Source: a virus. From it: DNA of 64,000 nt. Positions 41,943 through 52,778 of this stretch are shown here, in pieces (position 1 is the stretch's first letter; each line of letters starts with the position of its first letter). The notes below the pieces were generated by a model that worked only from the letters and a program-made list of their open reading frames with translations, was not told the origin of the DNA and ran no database searches. The stretch spans positions 1 to 64,000 of the IMG/VR virus record IMGVR_UViG_3300049436_000052; one strand, 5' to 3'. Position numbers and translations under genes: made by a program.

Positions 41943-42797
41943 TTAAATTTGATAAAATATCTTTGAAATGTCTTCTACTTGAAATCCAGCAGCTTTTTTA
42001 TGTCCACCACCGCCATTTGCTTTTGCTAAAACACTGCAATCAACATCTTCTTTGGTTGTATAAAGTGAAATTATCCATTTCTTACCATCAAACTGGAATG
42101 GCATCATAATATCGTGCTTGCTTTCATCGTAAACACTTTTGAAAACATCTGAATTAAAACCACCACCATTTAGGCAAATTGCACGTAATCCATTAAATTC
42201 TATTTCAAATGCTGCTTTTTTGCATTGTAATTCATTTACTTGTGATTGATATTTTAATATGGTTATTCCTTCATGAATTATTTGTTTAACCAAAACTTCA
42301 TTTTCAAAAACTTCTAATGGAAATGAATCAACACTATTACAATAAAGTCTCATTCCAAATTGGAATGGTAATATTTCATTTTCCCATCTTACTTTATCAA
42401 AGTTTCTCCAAGTATCATATTCACCAAGTAACTTAACAGCTATTGGCATTTCTTTATCTGGAAATAAGTGTTTCCATGTTCCCTCACATGCTGCAATTCC
42501 ATTTTCTAAAATCGCATTACAAAAAGTTTCATCATCACCAACAAATTCTTTATAGTCATTTATTGCTGAAATATGGTGGTCAATCCACGTTAATTGCCAG
42601 TTACTTAATTGTGCTATTTTTACCATTGTTTTCATTGGAAGTGAGATATCTGCCATAATAATCGGTTCTCCACTTACCTCTTGTTCAAAAGGTTGTCCAT
42701 AGTCATATCCTACCATTTTAGCATTTGGATATTTTAGTTTGATAATAGCCCCACTTGTGAAACCATCTAAATCTCTGTTGTGATAAACTCCAATCAT
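41943..42797 (-). CDS. DHH/DHHA1 phosphoesterase (NrnB-like)
   Basis: YHNRDLDG, MADIS, WIDHH and GGGHKKAAGF motifs. Confidence 0.9.
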   Translation of the reverse strand: MIGVYHNRDLDGFTSGAIIKLKYPNAKMVGYDYGQPFEQEVSGEPIIMADISLPMKTMVKIAQLSNWQLTWIDHHISAINDYKEFVGDDETFCNAILENGIAACEGTWKHLFPDKEMPIAVKLLGEYDTWRNFDKVRWENEILPFQFGMRLYCNSVDSFPLEVFENEVLVKQIIHEGITILKYQSQVNELQCKKAAFEIEFNGLRAICLNGGGFNSDVFKSVYDESKHDIMMPFQFDGKKWIISLYTTKEDVDCSVLAKANGGGGHKKAAGFQVEDISKIFYQI

Positions 42798-42873
42798 ATT
42801 TTTAATTTTTTAAAATTATTACTTATTATTTCTAAATCTTTAAATTTTATGAGTTTTTTCAATATATTTAGCA

Positions 42874-44207
42874 TCAATCTTCTACCTTAACCATATCATT
42901 TCTGAAATATGCACACACCCTATCTTCTTTTCCATATGGTTTGAAATAAAGTTGACCATCCTCTTTTTTATAAATCTTGTGTTCGCCATCCATTTGAACA
43001 TCTACTATATCACCTTCTTTTAGTTCTACATCAAATTTGTCGAAACATTTAATATATGTGTTTTTTGTTTTTAAGTTATTATTGTAATATTCAATAAATT
43101 CTACTATTGCCAACCAAATTGCAAGTATTTTTGATTCATTGCTCTTATTGGTATCCCAAATACTTCTACCTAATTCATTAAAATGTACTATCATACAATG
43201 AGATTCATTGTTCATTCCAGTAAAAATACCAACATTACAATGTAAATTTTCAATATCTTTAATTATCGGCATAATATCATTCCATGAACAATGATATTGT
43301 AGATTAACTTTTTCGTATTTTGCTTTGATAAACTTATGAATAAGTTTATTTCCTTTGTTAATTTTTTGAGTTGTCATAATTATTAATATGGATAATTTCT
43401 TTCAACAATTCTATGAAATGGTTTTTCTATGGTTTTCAATAAAAAAAGATCTTCTGGTTCAAAATTAAAACCTTTTTGAATATAACCATCTTCAAAGACT
43501 CTTGGTTCATCGAATTCGACACATATTCCAAGATATTTATAACTATTTTTTATAACTTTTCCAGTTTCTTCATAAAAAAAATGAAAATCTTGACTTGGTG
43601 TAATGACTTTAACACGATCACCAATTTGGAAATCTTCGAATTTGTTATTAATTGTATTATATTCAATCATTTTCTCTTGACGAATATCTCTAATACTTTT
43701 ACTCATAATTTAAAATTTTATATATGTTATAAATAATATTGGTGGAACTGAAGTGCATCAGTATATTGTGAATCCAGTTTAATCCACCATTAAAAACTTT
43801 TAATATTTATCCATTATTTTCTTTCCAACGTCTATAACCTTCATTATAACAATATTGATAAAATTCATCACTCTGAATTACAGCCCAAGTATTATCATCA
43901 AGTTTAACTTTTCCAAAATTTTTATTCAAATACCATTTAATGAAAGTTTTAGACGATGAAAACCAACGCATATAAATATATTGAGTTAATGTTTGTATTT
44001 TTTTTAACACGATATACAATATTATAAACCATCAATAAAACAAATGTTTATCCATTCTAAATAAATGCTATGAAACTGTTTTATTCTAACAAAACACAAC
44101 CATCTAGTTTCATATCGACAAGTACCATTAATTTTACATCTTAGGGGAAAGAATAAAAATTTTTCAACAATACGTTCTACTCCAACTTCATAATTATTCC
44201 ATTTCAT
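42874..44207 (-). CDS. Small hypothetical genes (42874-43377, 43383-43706, 43807-44019, 44022-44207)
   Basis: Co-oriented ORFs; 43383-43706 has an SH3-like FQIGDRVKV motif. Confidence 0.5.
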
Positions 44208-44210
44208 CTT

Positions 44211-44864
44211 TTATACGTTATTAAGTTTTTTATAAACTACATATTCTCTTCGTTCACTTAATATATTCATATCAAGTTTGTTGACAATTTCGATAATATT
44301 ATTTTCTTTTATATATTGTTCACTAAACCTTTGTTCATTAGGTTTACAGCACAATGAAGTATATATATATTTCCAATTTGGAAACTTTTTATCGACTTCA
44401 TCTAATTTAACATGTGCATGAACGCAAGTAATACCATATTGTTTATCAGTATCTAAAAATTCGTTGATTAAATTCATATCAACATCTTCGTATTTTTCTT
44501 TAAAAACGTTAAATCTTTCGATCTTCCATCTATTTACCCATTTATAAAGCAAATCTGTTCTTGTTGTTGGATCAATACTTACATTATTACATTTGGTAAA
44601 TAAAGTAAATAATGCACCTGTTCTGGCTCTACTTCCATCACCTATATGAATCCAATTTAAATTAGATATCTGGCATATTTTTTTAAGGTTTTGAAAAGCA
44701 GAATATGATTCAGACATTTCCTTTGCAGGACTATCAGAATCTCTAAATAACTCCCACAATTCTTCGAAACAACCTTTTTTTAACAACCAATTCACATAAT
44801 CGAATCTTGGCAATTGAATAACTGCTGTTTGAGAATTATATCTAATTAATTCTTGATTATTCAT
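44211..44864 (-). CDS. Putative SAM-dependent methyltransferase
   Basis: IHIGDGSRARTG glycine loop, VSIDP, VHAH and LCC motifs. Confidence 0.5.
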   Translation of the reverse strand: MNNQELIRYNSQTAVIQLPRFDYVNWLLKKGCFEELWELFRDSDSPAKEMSESYSAFQNLKKICQISNLNWIHIGDGSRARTGALFTLFTKCNNVSIDPTTRTDLLYKWVNRWKIERFNVFKEKYEDVDMNLINEFLDTDKQYGITCVHAHVKLDEVDKKFPNWKYIYTSLCCKPNEQRFSEQYIKENNIIEIVNKLDMNILSERREYVVYKKLNNV

Positions 44865-44874
44865 TATAAATGTT

Positions 44875-45873
44875 TTATTCGTTATTTTTTAACAAAAATT
44901 CAGGATTTATTGCTTTAAATGATAATCGTCCTAGGTCTGGATCTTGTTTTTCGTTAATTGGTCTAATAACAATACCTTCAGCCCAAACATTGTTACAAAT
45001 ATTACTTTTTATGATTGACATATTAACAATTTTATTTATATCATTTTCAAGAACATAATTAGTTGTAATGATTGGAACTGTTTCTAATTCTAAAGTATTT
45101 GTTATTAATTCAATAAAATCATTAAATGAATAATATTGATATAGATCGATATCAAATGCGTTAAAAAACTTTATAGTAGTTCCTTTTAAATTTAATTTAT
45201 TTCCTTGAACACCTTCTCCGATTAATTCACCTTGGATTGCAATATTTTTTCCAACTGAGAGTAATTTATTTTTAATATCTAATTCACGAACTATTTTCCA
45301 AAAAGAATTTGAATCGTCTTCTAACAATTCTAAATTTCTTGAACAAACACCAAAGATATTATCTTTTACATATAATGTACAACTACTTCCATCTACTTTT
45401 TCAGAGATATAACAAATTTCACCTTTGTGTCTTTCCAAAACTTCTTCTAATACTTGAACTCTGGTTTCATCAGTTTTGGGAATAAACGATGGAAAACGAC
45501 CTTTTGTTGTGCCTCTTAAACATGCTGGTATTGGTGGTTCATATTTTTCAATATTTAAAATATCAGTACAATCCATATCTTCAACAATTTCAAGATCTTT
45601 TGGAAGTATTGATAATGGAAAACAAATTCCTTGTGAAATTTGTCCACGTAAACGAACTGTTCTGATTCTCATACCTCTTGGCTTTAAAAACTCAAATTCT
45701 GGTTTATTTGGTAATAATGAATCAATCTCGCAATAAACAACAAAATCATTCACCTTAAAGTCTCCTTTTTTTACAACAACATTCCATCCTAAAACTAATG
45801 CTTTTTCAATTTGATCAGCATTTTCAATAGGTTCTAAAGATTTTATTCTTTGTATTGTAGCTAATTTACGCAT
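44875..45873 (-). CDS. ATP-dependent RNA ligase (Rnl2/DRB0094-type with N-terminal OB domain)
   Basis: MRKLATIQRI, SQG, PKTDETR, EKVDGSS (motif I), QGELIG, EGIV and FKAIN. Confidence 0.9.
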   Translation of the reverse strand: MRKLATIQRIKSLEPIENADQIEKALVLGWNVVVKKGDFKVNDFVVYCEIDSLLPNKPEFEFLKPRGMRIRTVRLRGQISQGICFPLSILPKDLEIVEDMDCTDILNIEKYEPPIPACLRGTTKGRFPSFIPKTDETRVQVLEEVLERHKGEICYISEKVDGSSCTLYVKDNIFGVCSRNLELLEDDSNSFWKIVRELDIKNKLLSVGKNIAIQGELIGEGVQGNKLNLKGTTIKFFNAFDIDLYQYYSFNDFIELITNTLELETVPIITTNYVLENDINKIVNMSIIKSNICNNVWAEGIVIRPINEKQDPDLGRLSFKAINPEFLLKNNE

Positions 45874-45906
45874 AAAAATAGTTTTATATGTTATTTATTT
45901 AATATT

Positions 45907-46049
45907 TTGCCTAGAAGGATTCCCGATTCTTCACCTTCATTTATTGTCATAATTGTCCATATCATCAATTATCTTTGTGGAAGTAACGACCAATAAGTTT
46001 TATTTGTTCGAGTTTATTAATATTTATCATCGCTTTAAACTATAGGCAA
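45907..46049 (-). ncRNA. Putative enlarged tRNA-like structured RNA
   Basis: 7-bp acceptor-like stem TTGCCTA/TAGGCAA, TA linker, GTTTA/TAAAC D-like stem, GAAGG/CCTTC T-like stem; loops are oversized. Confidence 0.45.
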
Positions 46050-46057
46050 AATATTTT

Positions 46058-48295
46058 TTAAGAATTTAAATTTATATAATCCCAAATACCACTTTCGTAT
46101 CCATAAACACAAGTAATCACTTCTTGATATAAATAATGATCAAAATCATCATCACGATTTCGTATATCATCTAAATATTCCTCACACATTTTGATTAATG
46201 AACTAAAATCTGGATTAGTTTTTGGCTTTGGTCTTATACCATGAATTTCTTCATATGTTTCTGGTGAATCTGGATAAATTGTTTTTAATAATCCAGATTC
46301 TTTTAACTTATTAAATTCGTTTTTGCTGAGTTCTCTAAGTAATTTTACTTTTTCCATATCATTTATTTTCTATTGTTTTTAAAAAATTTTGTGTTTTTTG
46401 TATTTTCTCAGATTCTTCAGAAAGATTTACATATTCAAGTAAATCTTTTATTATTTCGATTGCTTTAGGATAATTATTAATAGCATTTAAAATATAATCT
46501 GCTTTCTTTCTATCTTTTTCACTATCTTTCTTAGACCAAACATCTAATACTAGGTCATCTATAGAATGATCATAGTCAATTTTCATTCCACTACAATCAT
46601 AATCTCCAATTGTTCCTATATGGTATGATGAATCTAATTCACAAAATCCACTTCTATCTAATGGTAATTTAAAGGGTATTTTCATTTTAACAATTTTTTT
46701 ATATATTTAATTATTTCAATTGATGTACTAAATCTATTACAAATTATTCCTTCTGTGTTATTTTCTTTTGTTCCAGCAACTAAATTTTCATCCATTATCT
46801 TTAATATTTGAATATCCATTTCTTCATCAGAAGGTAATTTTATATTTAAATCAAATATTTTAGACAAATCATTAACAATTTTATGAAAATTCATTGGATC
46901 AATCACACCTTCATCATGTAAAGGCATTGTTTTTTCTTGGTATTTATTGAGAATTTCAAGAATTGTTTTCTTTTTAGATTTCATCTTCAAATGGTAATTT
47001 TTTATATTTGTTGTTTAATAAAATTTCAAAATCATCTTCTGAATATACACACCCACCTATATTTTTATATTCTTTATTTAGTATTAAAAATTCCATTTTA
47101 TCATTCATCATACCATTGAATTCTAAAACATAGTTATTAGGATCATTAATAGACATAAATTTATCACCCCTTTCAATACCTAATCTATTTTTTTCACCAA
47201 ATCCAAATAATTTAAATAATTCACTTATCGTATCCATAATTGTTTTAGATTTCATCTTCAAATGGTAATTTAATTGAAAAATAAGTTTTGCTGGTAACAA
47301 TCCAAAATAATATTGGTATTACTATTGAAAACATTGCCATTAGGAATATAATTCCACCAATGACATGTATGAATCTTTTTATAATTTTCATGATATTAAT
47401 CTATTTTAAATGAAATTTTATTAACTAATCCACAAATCCAATTATGTTATATTCTCCCAATCTTTTAAATGTTATAATTTGTTTACCATCATTTCCAGTT
47501 AACAAATTCATGTTATTATCACAAAGTCTAATCATTGCTGTTTTATTTTCACGACCTGTTTGAGTTTGATCTGATTCTAAAAGTAAACCTTTCTGGATAT
47601 TATCTTCTTTATTTTTAAATTCGACAAGTAAATCCTTAGTTTTATTTTTCATTGTTCTTTATGTTTTAACCATTCAATAAAATCATTAAATCCCGATGCT
47701 ATCTCAGCTTCATAGTGAAATGGTTCATCCACATATTTAAGATATTCTTTTTTATATGCGTTTATTAAATTTTCAATTAACAATAAATTACTAGTTAATA
47801 TATTTGTTGTTGAATTTATTGTATTTAATGCTTCTTTTAGAGTTTCTTCGAAATGTTCCTTTGTTGTTTGATTATTGATTAAATAATGCTCCTCTATAGT
47901 AAATAATGTACTACGTTCTATTGTTACCCCAAAATAAGAATATTTTACACGTATTTGATGATTTTCTTCAACTTTTATAAGTTCATCCATACAATTTTCA
48001 TCTTGAAAATAAAGATAGACAGGATATTCGAAATCTGTTTCTTCTTCGATAATTTGATGTTTTTTTATTTTTACTTTTGTCATGTTATTATAAGTTAGGT
48101 TTAATACTATCACCATAAAGATTTATAATCGTACCATCGTTTATCCCCACATTTTTCACACTTAATAACTTTTATTTGTGTATCACTAACATATTTATGA
48201 TTACATACACATCTAACATATATTAAGTGCAATGCTTTTATTTTTTTTATCAATTTCTTATACATAATTTTAATTATATATTTTTCTTTATCCAA
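46058..48295 (-). CDS. Run of small hypothetical genes (46058-46357, 46359-46685, 46682-46990, 46974-47255, 47245-47391, 47425-47652, 47649-48116, 48110-48295)
   Basis: Abutting or overlapping ORFs; 47245-47391 (48 aa, one TM helix) was read manually. Confidence 0.5.
46972..47271. repeat. 29-bp exact direct repeat (46972-47000 and 47243-47271) flanking one gene
   Basis: ttttagatttcatcttcaaatggtaattt occurs twice. Confidence 0.85.
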
Positions 48296-48504
48296 TTATT
48301 ATAAATCCCCATTCCCCAACTAAATGTATAAATGCAAGATAATGCAACAATTCCCCAATTTTTATCAATTATTTGAGTATAGAACCAAAATGGTTGACCA
48401 CACATTCCAACAATAAATCCCCATTTCCTAAATTTATCTTTTCTTCCAACTAAATAAATGGCAGACGCTCCAAAGACAAATAACATTATTTGAGCAAAAT
48501 CCAT
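48274..48504 (-). CDS. Small 3-TM membrane protein (PnuC-like fragment)
   Basis: WGFIVG..GQPFW...WG...GIYNNW pattern. Confidence 0.55.
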   Translation of the reverse strand: MDFAQIMLFVFGASAIYLVGRKDKFRKWGFIVGMCGQPFWFYTQIIDKNWGIVALSCIYTFSWGMGIYNNWIKKNI

Positions 48505-48517
48505 AAATATAAATTAA

Positions 48518-48793
48518 TTAAAGAACATAAGTATTCATCGTTTCAATCCATTTATTAAAAACATTGATAATAAATGGTTTAAAATCTTCATAATCATTTA
48601 TTTCTTCGATAAACTTTCTATCATCATTTTCTGAGTTCCAAAGCATTTTATCACCAAAACCAAAAACATCACAATATCCATCTGTTGTGTAATAAAATCT
48701 GTCCTCAAGATCATCTCCTATTTTTTCGAAAAGTTCTTGATTTAAATCGCTTGCGATCTCAATAAATTTAAGTTGTTCTTCTTGTTTTGTCAT
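48518..48793 (-). CDS. Hypothetical protein
   Basis: First gene behind the promoter at 48808-48837. Confidence 0.55.
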   Translation of the reverse strand: MTKQEEQLKFIEIASDLNQELFEKIGDDLEDRFYYTTDGYCDVFGFGDKMLWNSENDDRKFIEEINDYEDFKPFIINVFNKWIETMNTYVL

Positions 48794-48807
48794 TTTTATA
48801 TTTTTAT

Positions 48808-48837
48808 TATATTATACGAAATTTTTAAAAAAATGTT
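48808..48837 (-). promoter_or_regulatory. Bipartite promoter AACA-N15-CGTATAATATA
   Basis: TATATTATACGAAA at 48808-48821 and TGTT at 48834-48837 on the plus strand. Confidence 0.7.
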
Positions 48838-48840
48838 TTA

Positions 48841-49413
48841 TTAAATAACCATAATATGTTTTCCTTTAACAATATTTAACTTATCCCAAATAAACCAAGC
48901 ATATTCGGTAGAATCTGTTCCTAATGTCAAATCTAGTTCTTTTGCCTTTTCTTTTAAGTTAACATCAAGACCAAATAACGATATAAGATATTCTTTAACA
49001 AAATTTGGGCGTTTTGAGATGACAAATAATTTGTCAGGAGTATTTTCATTCCAAAAATCTTTTCGTTGTTGAGCACCCAACCAATTAATACGTTGAAGAT
49101 AACAAACGGTTTTTCCTTCATTTAAACTTTTTTTGATAAAATCTAATGCTATTGAAAATGGTGGATTGGTTATAATTAAATCAACATTGAAATTATATTT
49201 AAAATAATCTTTTCCTTCTCTTATTTCACACCAATCTTTATTAATATAATTTGGGATGTATTCCAAAATTCTCCCATCACCCTTACAAGGTTCTAAAAAA
49301 GAATTAACTTTAGAAAAATCAATTTGATTGATTAATCCTTCAATAACATAACGAGGTGTGGGATAATTATCAGAAATTATCCTTTTACTACCATTTCTAT
49401 TTGTAGATGACAT
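48841..49413 (-). CDS. DNA amino-methyltransferase (N6-adenine type)
   Basis: DNYPTP, FLEPCKGDG, IITNPPF and YAWFIW motifs. Confidence 0.85.
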   Translation of the reverse strand: MSSTNRNGSKRIISDNYPTPRYVIEGLINQIDFSKVNSFLEPCKGDGRILEYIPNYINKDWCEIREGKDYFKYNFNVDLIITNPPFSIALDFIKKSLNEGKTVCYLQRINWLGAQQRKDFWNENTPDKLFVISKRPNFVKEYLISLFGLDVNLKEKAKELDLTLGTDSTEYAWFIWDKLNIVKGKHIMVI

Positions 49414-49426
49414 ATATTTTTATTTT

Positions 49427-50898
49427 TTAACGGTTACGATAATCATTAACAATATCAACAATTTCATCATAAACCCTTTCAAATTCATTATAGTCAATTC
49501 TTTCATTATCGTCATTACCTGAATAAAATTTGATAAATCTATTTGATGAATTTCCACCACATCCATAATCTACATCAACACCAATTCCCTTTTTAAAAAT
49601 ATAAACATGAATTGGCCAATCACCATAAGCATGACCAGCAGATTTAAAATAACAATAATTTTCATATGATTCGTTTTCTTCAGTTTCATAACAATACGAA
49701 TCATTCTTTTTATATTCAAAACCCTCTAATTGAATAAATTCTAAAATCTCTTTTGAGAAAACATTATTTTCAAAATTATTTAATGATTTCATATGTAAAT
49801 TTTTAAAAATTTAAGAATTGCTATTCACCATTAAAAATATTTATCAAATCAATAGTTGCTTTTTTTAGTTTATTTAAACTATCATTAAAATTATGGTCTA
49901 TGTCAAAAAATGTTTTTTTTCTTAAATAATCAACATTAGTCGCTTTGTATAGTATTTTATCTTTTTCTTTGACAATTAAAAATTCAATTAAATTAAAATA
50001 TTGATCTGATAAACAACCATCAACATCATAAATAATTTCATCCCAATTATTTTCACAATAACTTGGAAATGTCAATTTTATAATTTTTTCAACTTCTTTT
50101 TCTAAATCCATAATATTTTTTTTATAAATCATTATTAATTTCAATTTCTTTTACGTAACTTAATATTTTACTAACATTGTTATAAATTTCCAATTTTTCA
50201 TCCATTTCTTTGGAAATTTCATAAAGAATTTCTTTTAAATTATCAATAGTTAAGGAATCAATATTGAGTGTTTTTGCACATATTATATTCCAACCAGTAA
50301 GTGTGGTGTTTTTTATTTTCTGTAAGCCAGAAATAGTTATGTCATTACCACCAATATGATATTTAATTTCAAATTTTCTATCTTTCTTACCACTAATTTC
50401 AATATCCCATTTCATAATATATGTTTTTATAAATTTAACGTTATTGTGAAACATTTTTCACACTGTAAAATACCTCTTTGTTCATTGAAATTTTCATCAT
50501 AAACCTTATATGATTTTCCTTTAATTTCTTTTCCACAAAAATCACAATGTTTTACATTATCACTTTTCTTTTTACTTTTCTTTTTCATATAAAAATTTTT
50601 ATAAAACTTCTTTTTTATTTGTTTCTTCACCTAAATTGATTCCAAATTTTTTCAAAATTAGATCGTATTCCTCATCACGAGATTTGATATCTTCAAAGGG
50701 ATAAAACCAATTAACATATTCTTCATGTATGTTAAAAAATCTAATTATTGGATAATCATATCCAATATAAGTACGTATCATTTTTTCAAATTTAATACAT
50801 AATTCAATATTAATAGGAAGATTTGTAAATCCACTATTTTCACCTTCCTTTTCATAAAAAGGAACTTTTAAAAATTTTGATATTATAAATGTAGCCAT
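49427..50898 (-). CDS. Small hypothetical genes (49427-49792, 49821-50144, 50122-50454, 50427-50630, 50599-50898)
   Basis: Co-oriented packed ORFs. Confidence 0.5.
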
Positions 50899-50912
50899 AT
50901 AAATTTATTTTA

Positions 50913-51377
50913 TTATATTATTTCTTTCCAATTATTTTCTTCAACGCTAGTTAATTCATACTTTTTATCCTCAGACTTAACAAATACTTTTAAACCAATT
51001 TGAAGTTCAAATAACTTGTTTTCATATTTAATTAATCGATTTTTAATCAAATTATCACGTTCTTCAATTGTTTCTACCTTAATATGATAATTATCATCCA
51101 ACATAAAAGATACCTCTCCCAATGTCTTCATTTGACTAATAATTATATTAGCTATGTTATCACCAATCTAATATAACAATCCTATTGAGTTTTTTATTAA
51201 ATTTGAACTTTCTTCATCAAAATTTATTGTTCTTTTTACGTAAACCTGCTCTGTAATATATCTTGTAAGTTCAACAGCTAAAAACCTATCTTCTGTAGCA
51301 TTACCACTATCGTTTAATAAAACAATATATGGTCGGCCATTTTCCTCAAATTTAATATCATATACTATTTTGTACAA
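50913..51377 (-). pseudogene. Single 154-codon gene split by an in-frame TAG at 51168-51170 (nonsense allele or read-through)
   Basis: ...NSIGLLY*IGDNIANIIISQMKTLGEV... joins the 69-aa and 72-aa ORFs in frame. Confidence 0.6.
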
Positions 51378-51409
51378 TTTGATTAAATATAAATAAAATT
51401 ATTTTCCCA

Positions 51410-51460
51410 CAAAGATATGTATTTATTTTTGTTTTTTTAAAAAACTTGACAAGTATTTAT
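51410..51460. promoter_or_regulatory. Back-to-back host-type (TATCTTTG, minus) and late (GTATTTAT, plus) promoters
   Basis: CAAAGATA at 51410-51417; GTATTTAT at 51453-51460. Confidence 0.6.
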
Positions 51461-51477
51461 GTTAAATTAAGTTAATT

Positions 51478-52596
51478 ATGGCATTAATCACAACAGCAGA
51501 TAAAAACAAATTATATACTCATGTTAAACATGAATTAGGATACCCACTCAGACCTTTTGAACTAAAAGACGAAATGATGGATTCCTATCTTGAAATGGTT
51601 ATCGAAGATTATTCGTCTCTTGTTAATAGTTGGTTAATTCAACAACAATGGACTGGTTTAGAAGGGCTTAGTATTGAGAATGGGGATTTTTTGGCAAGTT
51701 TCACAACCAAGTCTAATGACTATATGAAATCCTTTACACTTGCATATTCGAAGCAGATCGGGCTTGGCACTAATGCTCCAGCTAAAGTAGGATGGGAATT
51801 GAAAAGAGATTTTTTTACATTGTCTGCACATACTCAGCATTATCTCATAAAATCGGGAAGAGAAATAAATCAATTATTATGGGAGACACCAAATGAAATT
51901 GATATGGGGTTAATCGATCCATTTACACTTACTAGTTCATGGTCTGCTGGCGTAATGGGTTGGTCGTATTTGGGAAGACCAGCAAATTTAGTTCAACCAA
52001 CATATTCAATATTATTAAGTGCACAAGATCGAAGAATGAAACAAAGGGTTCTACAATCAACATTGTCATATAGGATTACTGGTTTGGAAACGGGTGAAAA
52101 ACTAGTGCACTTATATCCAATACCCAACTCAAGAATGGAAATAAAAAGTAATTGGAATGATTATGTAAATAGAAAAGTTTGGTACTGGTATTATGATACA
52201 AATAAAAAAAATAGAGATAAATGTTTAGATGAAAATCCAGATATAGTTATTTTATCAAGTGATGTGCCAACAAAAGTTCTGAAATGGGATAGATTAAATG
52301 ATGTTGCAAAACAACAAATAAGAAATTTATTAATTGCGAAGGTAAAGATGGCAATTGGAAATATACGCGGCTATTACGGTGGTGAAATTGGAACACAAGA
52401 AATGAAACTAATTTTAGATTATAAACATTTACTTGATGAAGGTATTAAATTAAAAGAAGATACCGAAAAAATAATATTAGATCAACTTGAAAAATTACGT
52501 TCTGTTAATTTATCTAAGGAAAGGGCTGATATTGGTGAGAATCTTAATACATTTTTATCAAGGCAACCCCTAAAATCGCCCTTTACTTTGTTTTAG
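51478..52596 (+). CDS. Neck protein (T4 gp13-like head-tail adaptor)
   Basis: N-terminal ELGYP...EL.DE; C-terminal K..IG..RG.Y.G...LD...LL.EG pattern; late promoter. Confidence 0.7.
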   Translation: MALITTADKNKLYTHVKHELGYPLRPFELKDEMMDSYLEMVIEDYSSLVNSWLIQQQWTGLEGLSIENGDFLASFTTKSNDYMKSFTLAYSKQIGLGTNAPAKVGWELKRDFFTLSAHTQHYLIKSGREINQLLWETPNEIDMGLIDPFTLTSSWSAGVMGWSYLGRPANLVQPTYSILLSAQDRRMKQRVLQSTLSYRITGLETGEKLVHLYPIPNSRMEIKSNWNDYVNRKVWYWYYDTNKKNRDKCLDENPDIVILSSDVPTKVLKWDRLNDVAKQQIRNLLIAKVKMAIGNIRGYYGGEIGTQEMKLILDYKHLLDEGIKLKEDTEKIILDQLEKLRSVNLSKERADIGENLNTFLSRQPLKSPFTLF

Positions 52597-52719
52597 TTAA
52601 TTATTTATTATATTATTAATTTTATCTACGGTGATGTTGATTTGATTTTCAACATCTTTTAGAAATTCTTTTTCTTTAATTCTAATTATTTTACAATCAT
52701 AATTTTCAATAATAAATTT
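52597..52719 (-). pseudogene. Start-less C-terminal remnant of a Vsr/DUF559-like endonuclease
   Basis: KFIIENYDCKIIRIKEKEFLKDVENQINITVDKINNIINN*, preceded by an in-frame TAA. Confidence 0.35.
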
Positions 52720-52778
52720 TTAACATTATTTAACTAATTCATCTATTTTTTAACAGTATTTATATAAAAAATACGATA

